A stretch of DNA of 64,000 nt, from the NCBI GenBank assembly GCA_002269645.1, contig NIVC01001827.1, forward strand, positions 294,642 through 358,641, read 5' to 3'. Made by a program: the position numbers and the translations under genes. This document shows positions 63,956 to 64,000 of the stretch, piece after piece. This DNA comes from Macrostomum lignano (Eukaryota). The stretch's first letter is position 1; each line of letters opens with the position of its first letter. The notes under the pieces were generated by a model. The model was not told the origin of the DNA, made no database searches, and saw only the letters and a list, made by a program, of their open reading frames with translations.

Positions 63956-64000
63956 CTGCGTAGGGTTTTAGCTAAAGCAGTGGCAATCCAACTAACTAAC

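Overview
Repeat-rich animal genomic DNA with GC-rich exons and spliceosomal introns; a flatworm/lophotrochozoan-like source is a guess only. Host genes: NDUFS8 (4 exons, +), Lhx2/9 apterous-type LIM-homeobox gene (5 exons, +) and a divergent TTLL10-like gene (-). An accessory block at ~6.5-25.5 kb holds four intronless LITAF-domain genes, three copies of an unrecognised Cys-motif protein, and a Crypton-like tyrosine recombinase with two decayed relatives and non-autonomous elements sharing CCATAGA(C) termini. It also holds a deleted Tc1/mariner-like element, a SINE, an RTE fragment and MITEs. The most striking object is 26.1-34.7 kb (-), an LTR-less composite retroelement. It runs tRNA-His PBS > Gypsy gag > -1 frameshift > Gypsy PR-RT-RNaseH fused in frame to a Penelope-type ORF1 (SGNH-like) > second -1 frameshift > Penelope RT-GIY-YIG > minimal hammerhead ribozyme, and sits inside a split (GA)n tract. 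Most long introns carry their own minisatellite. All calls come from manual reading; no searches were run.
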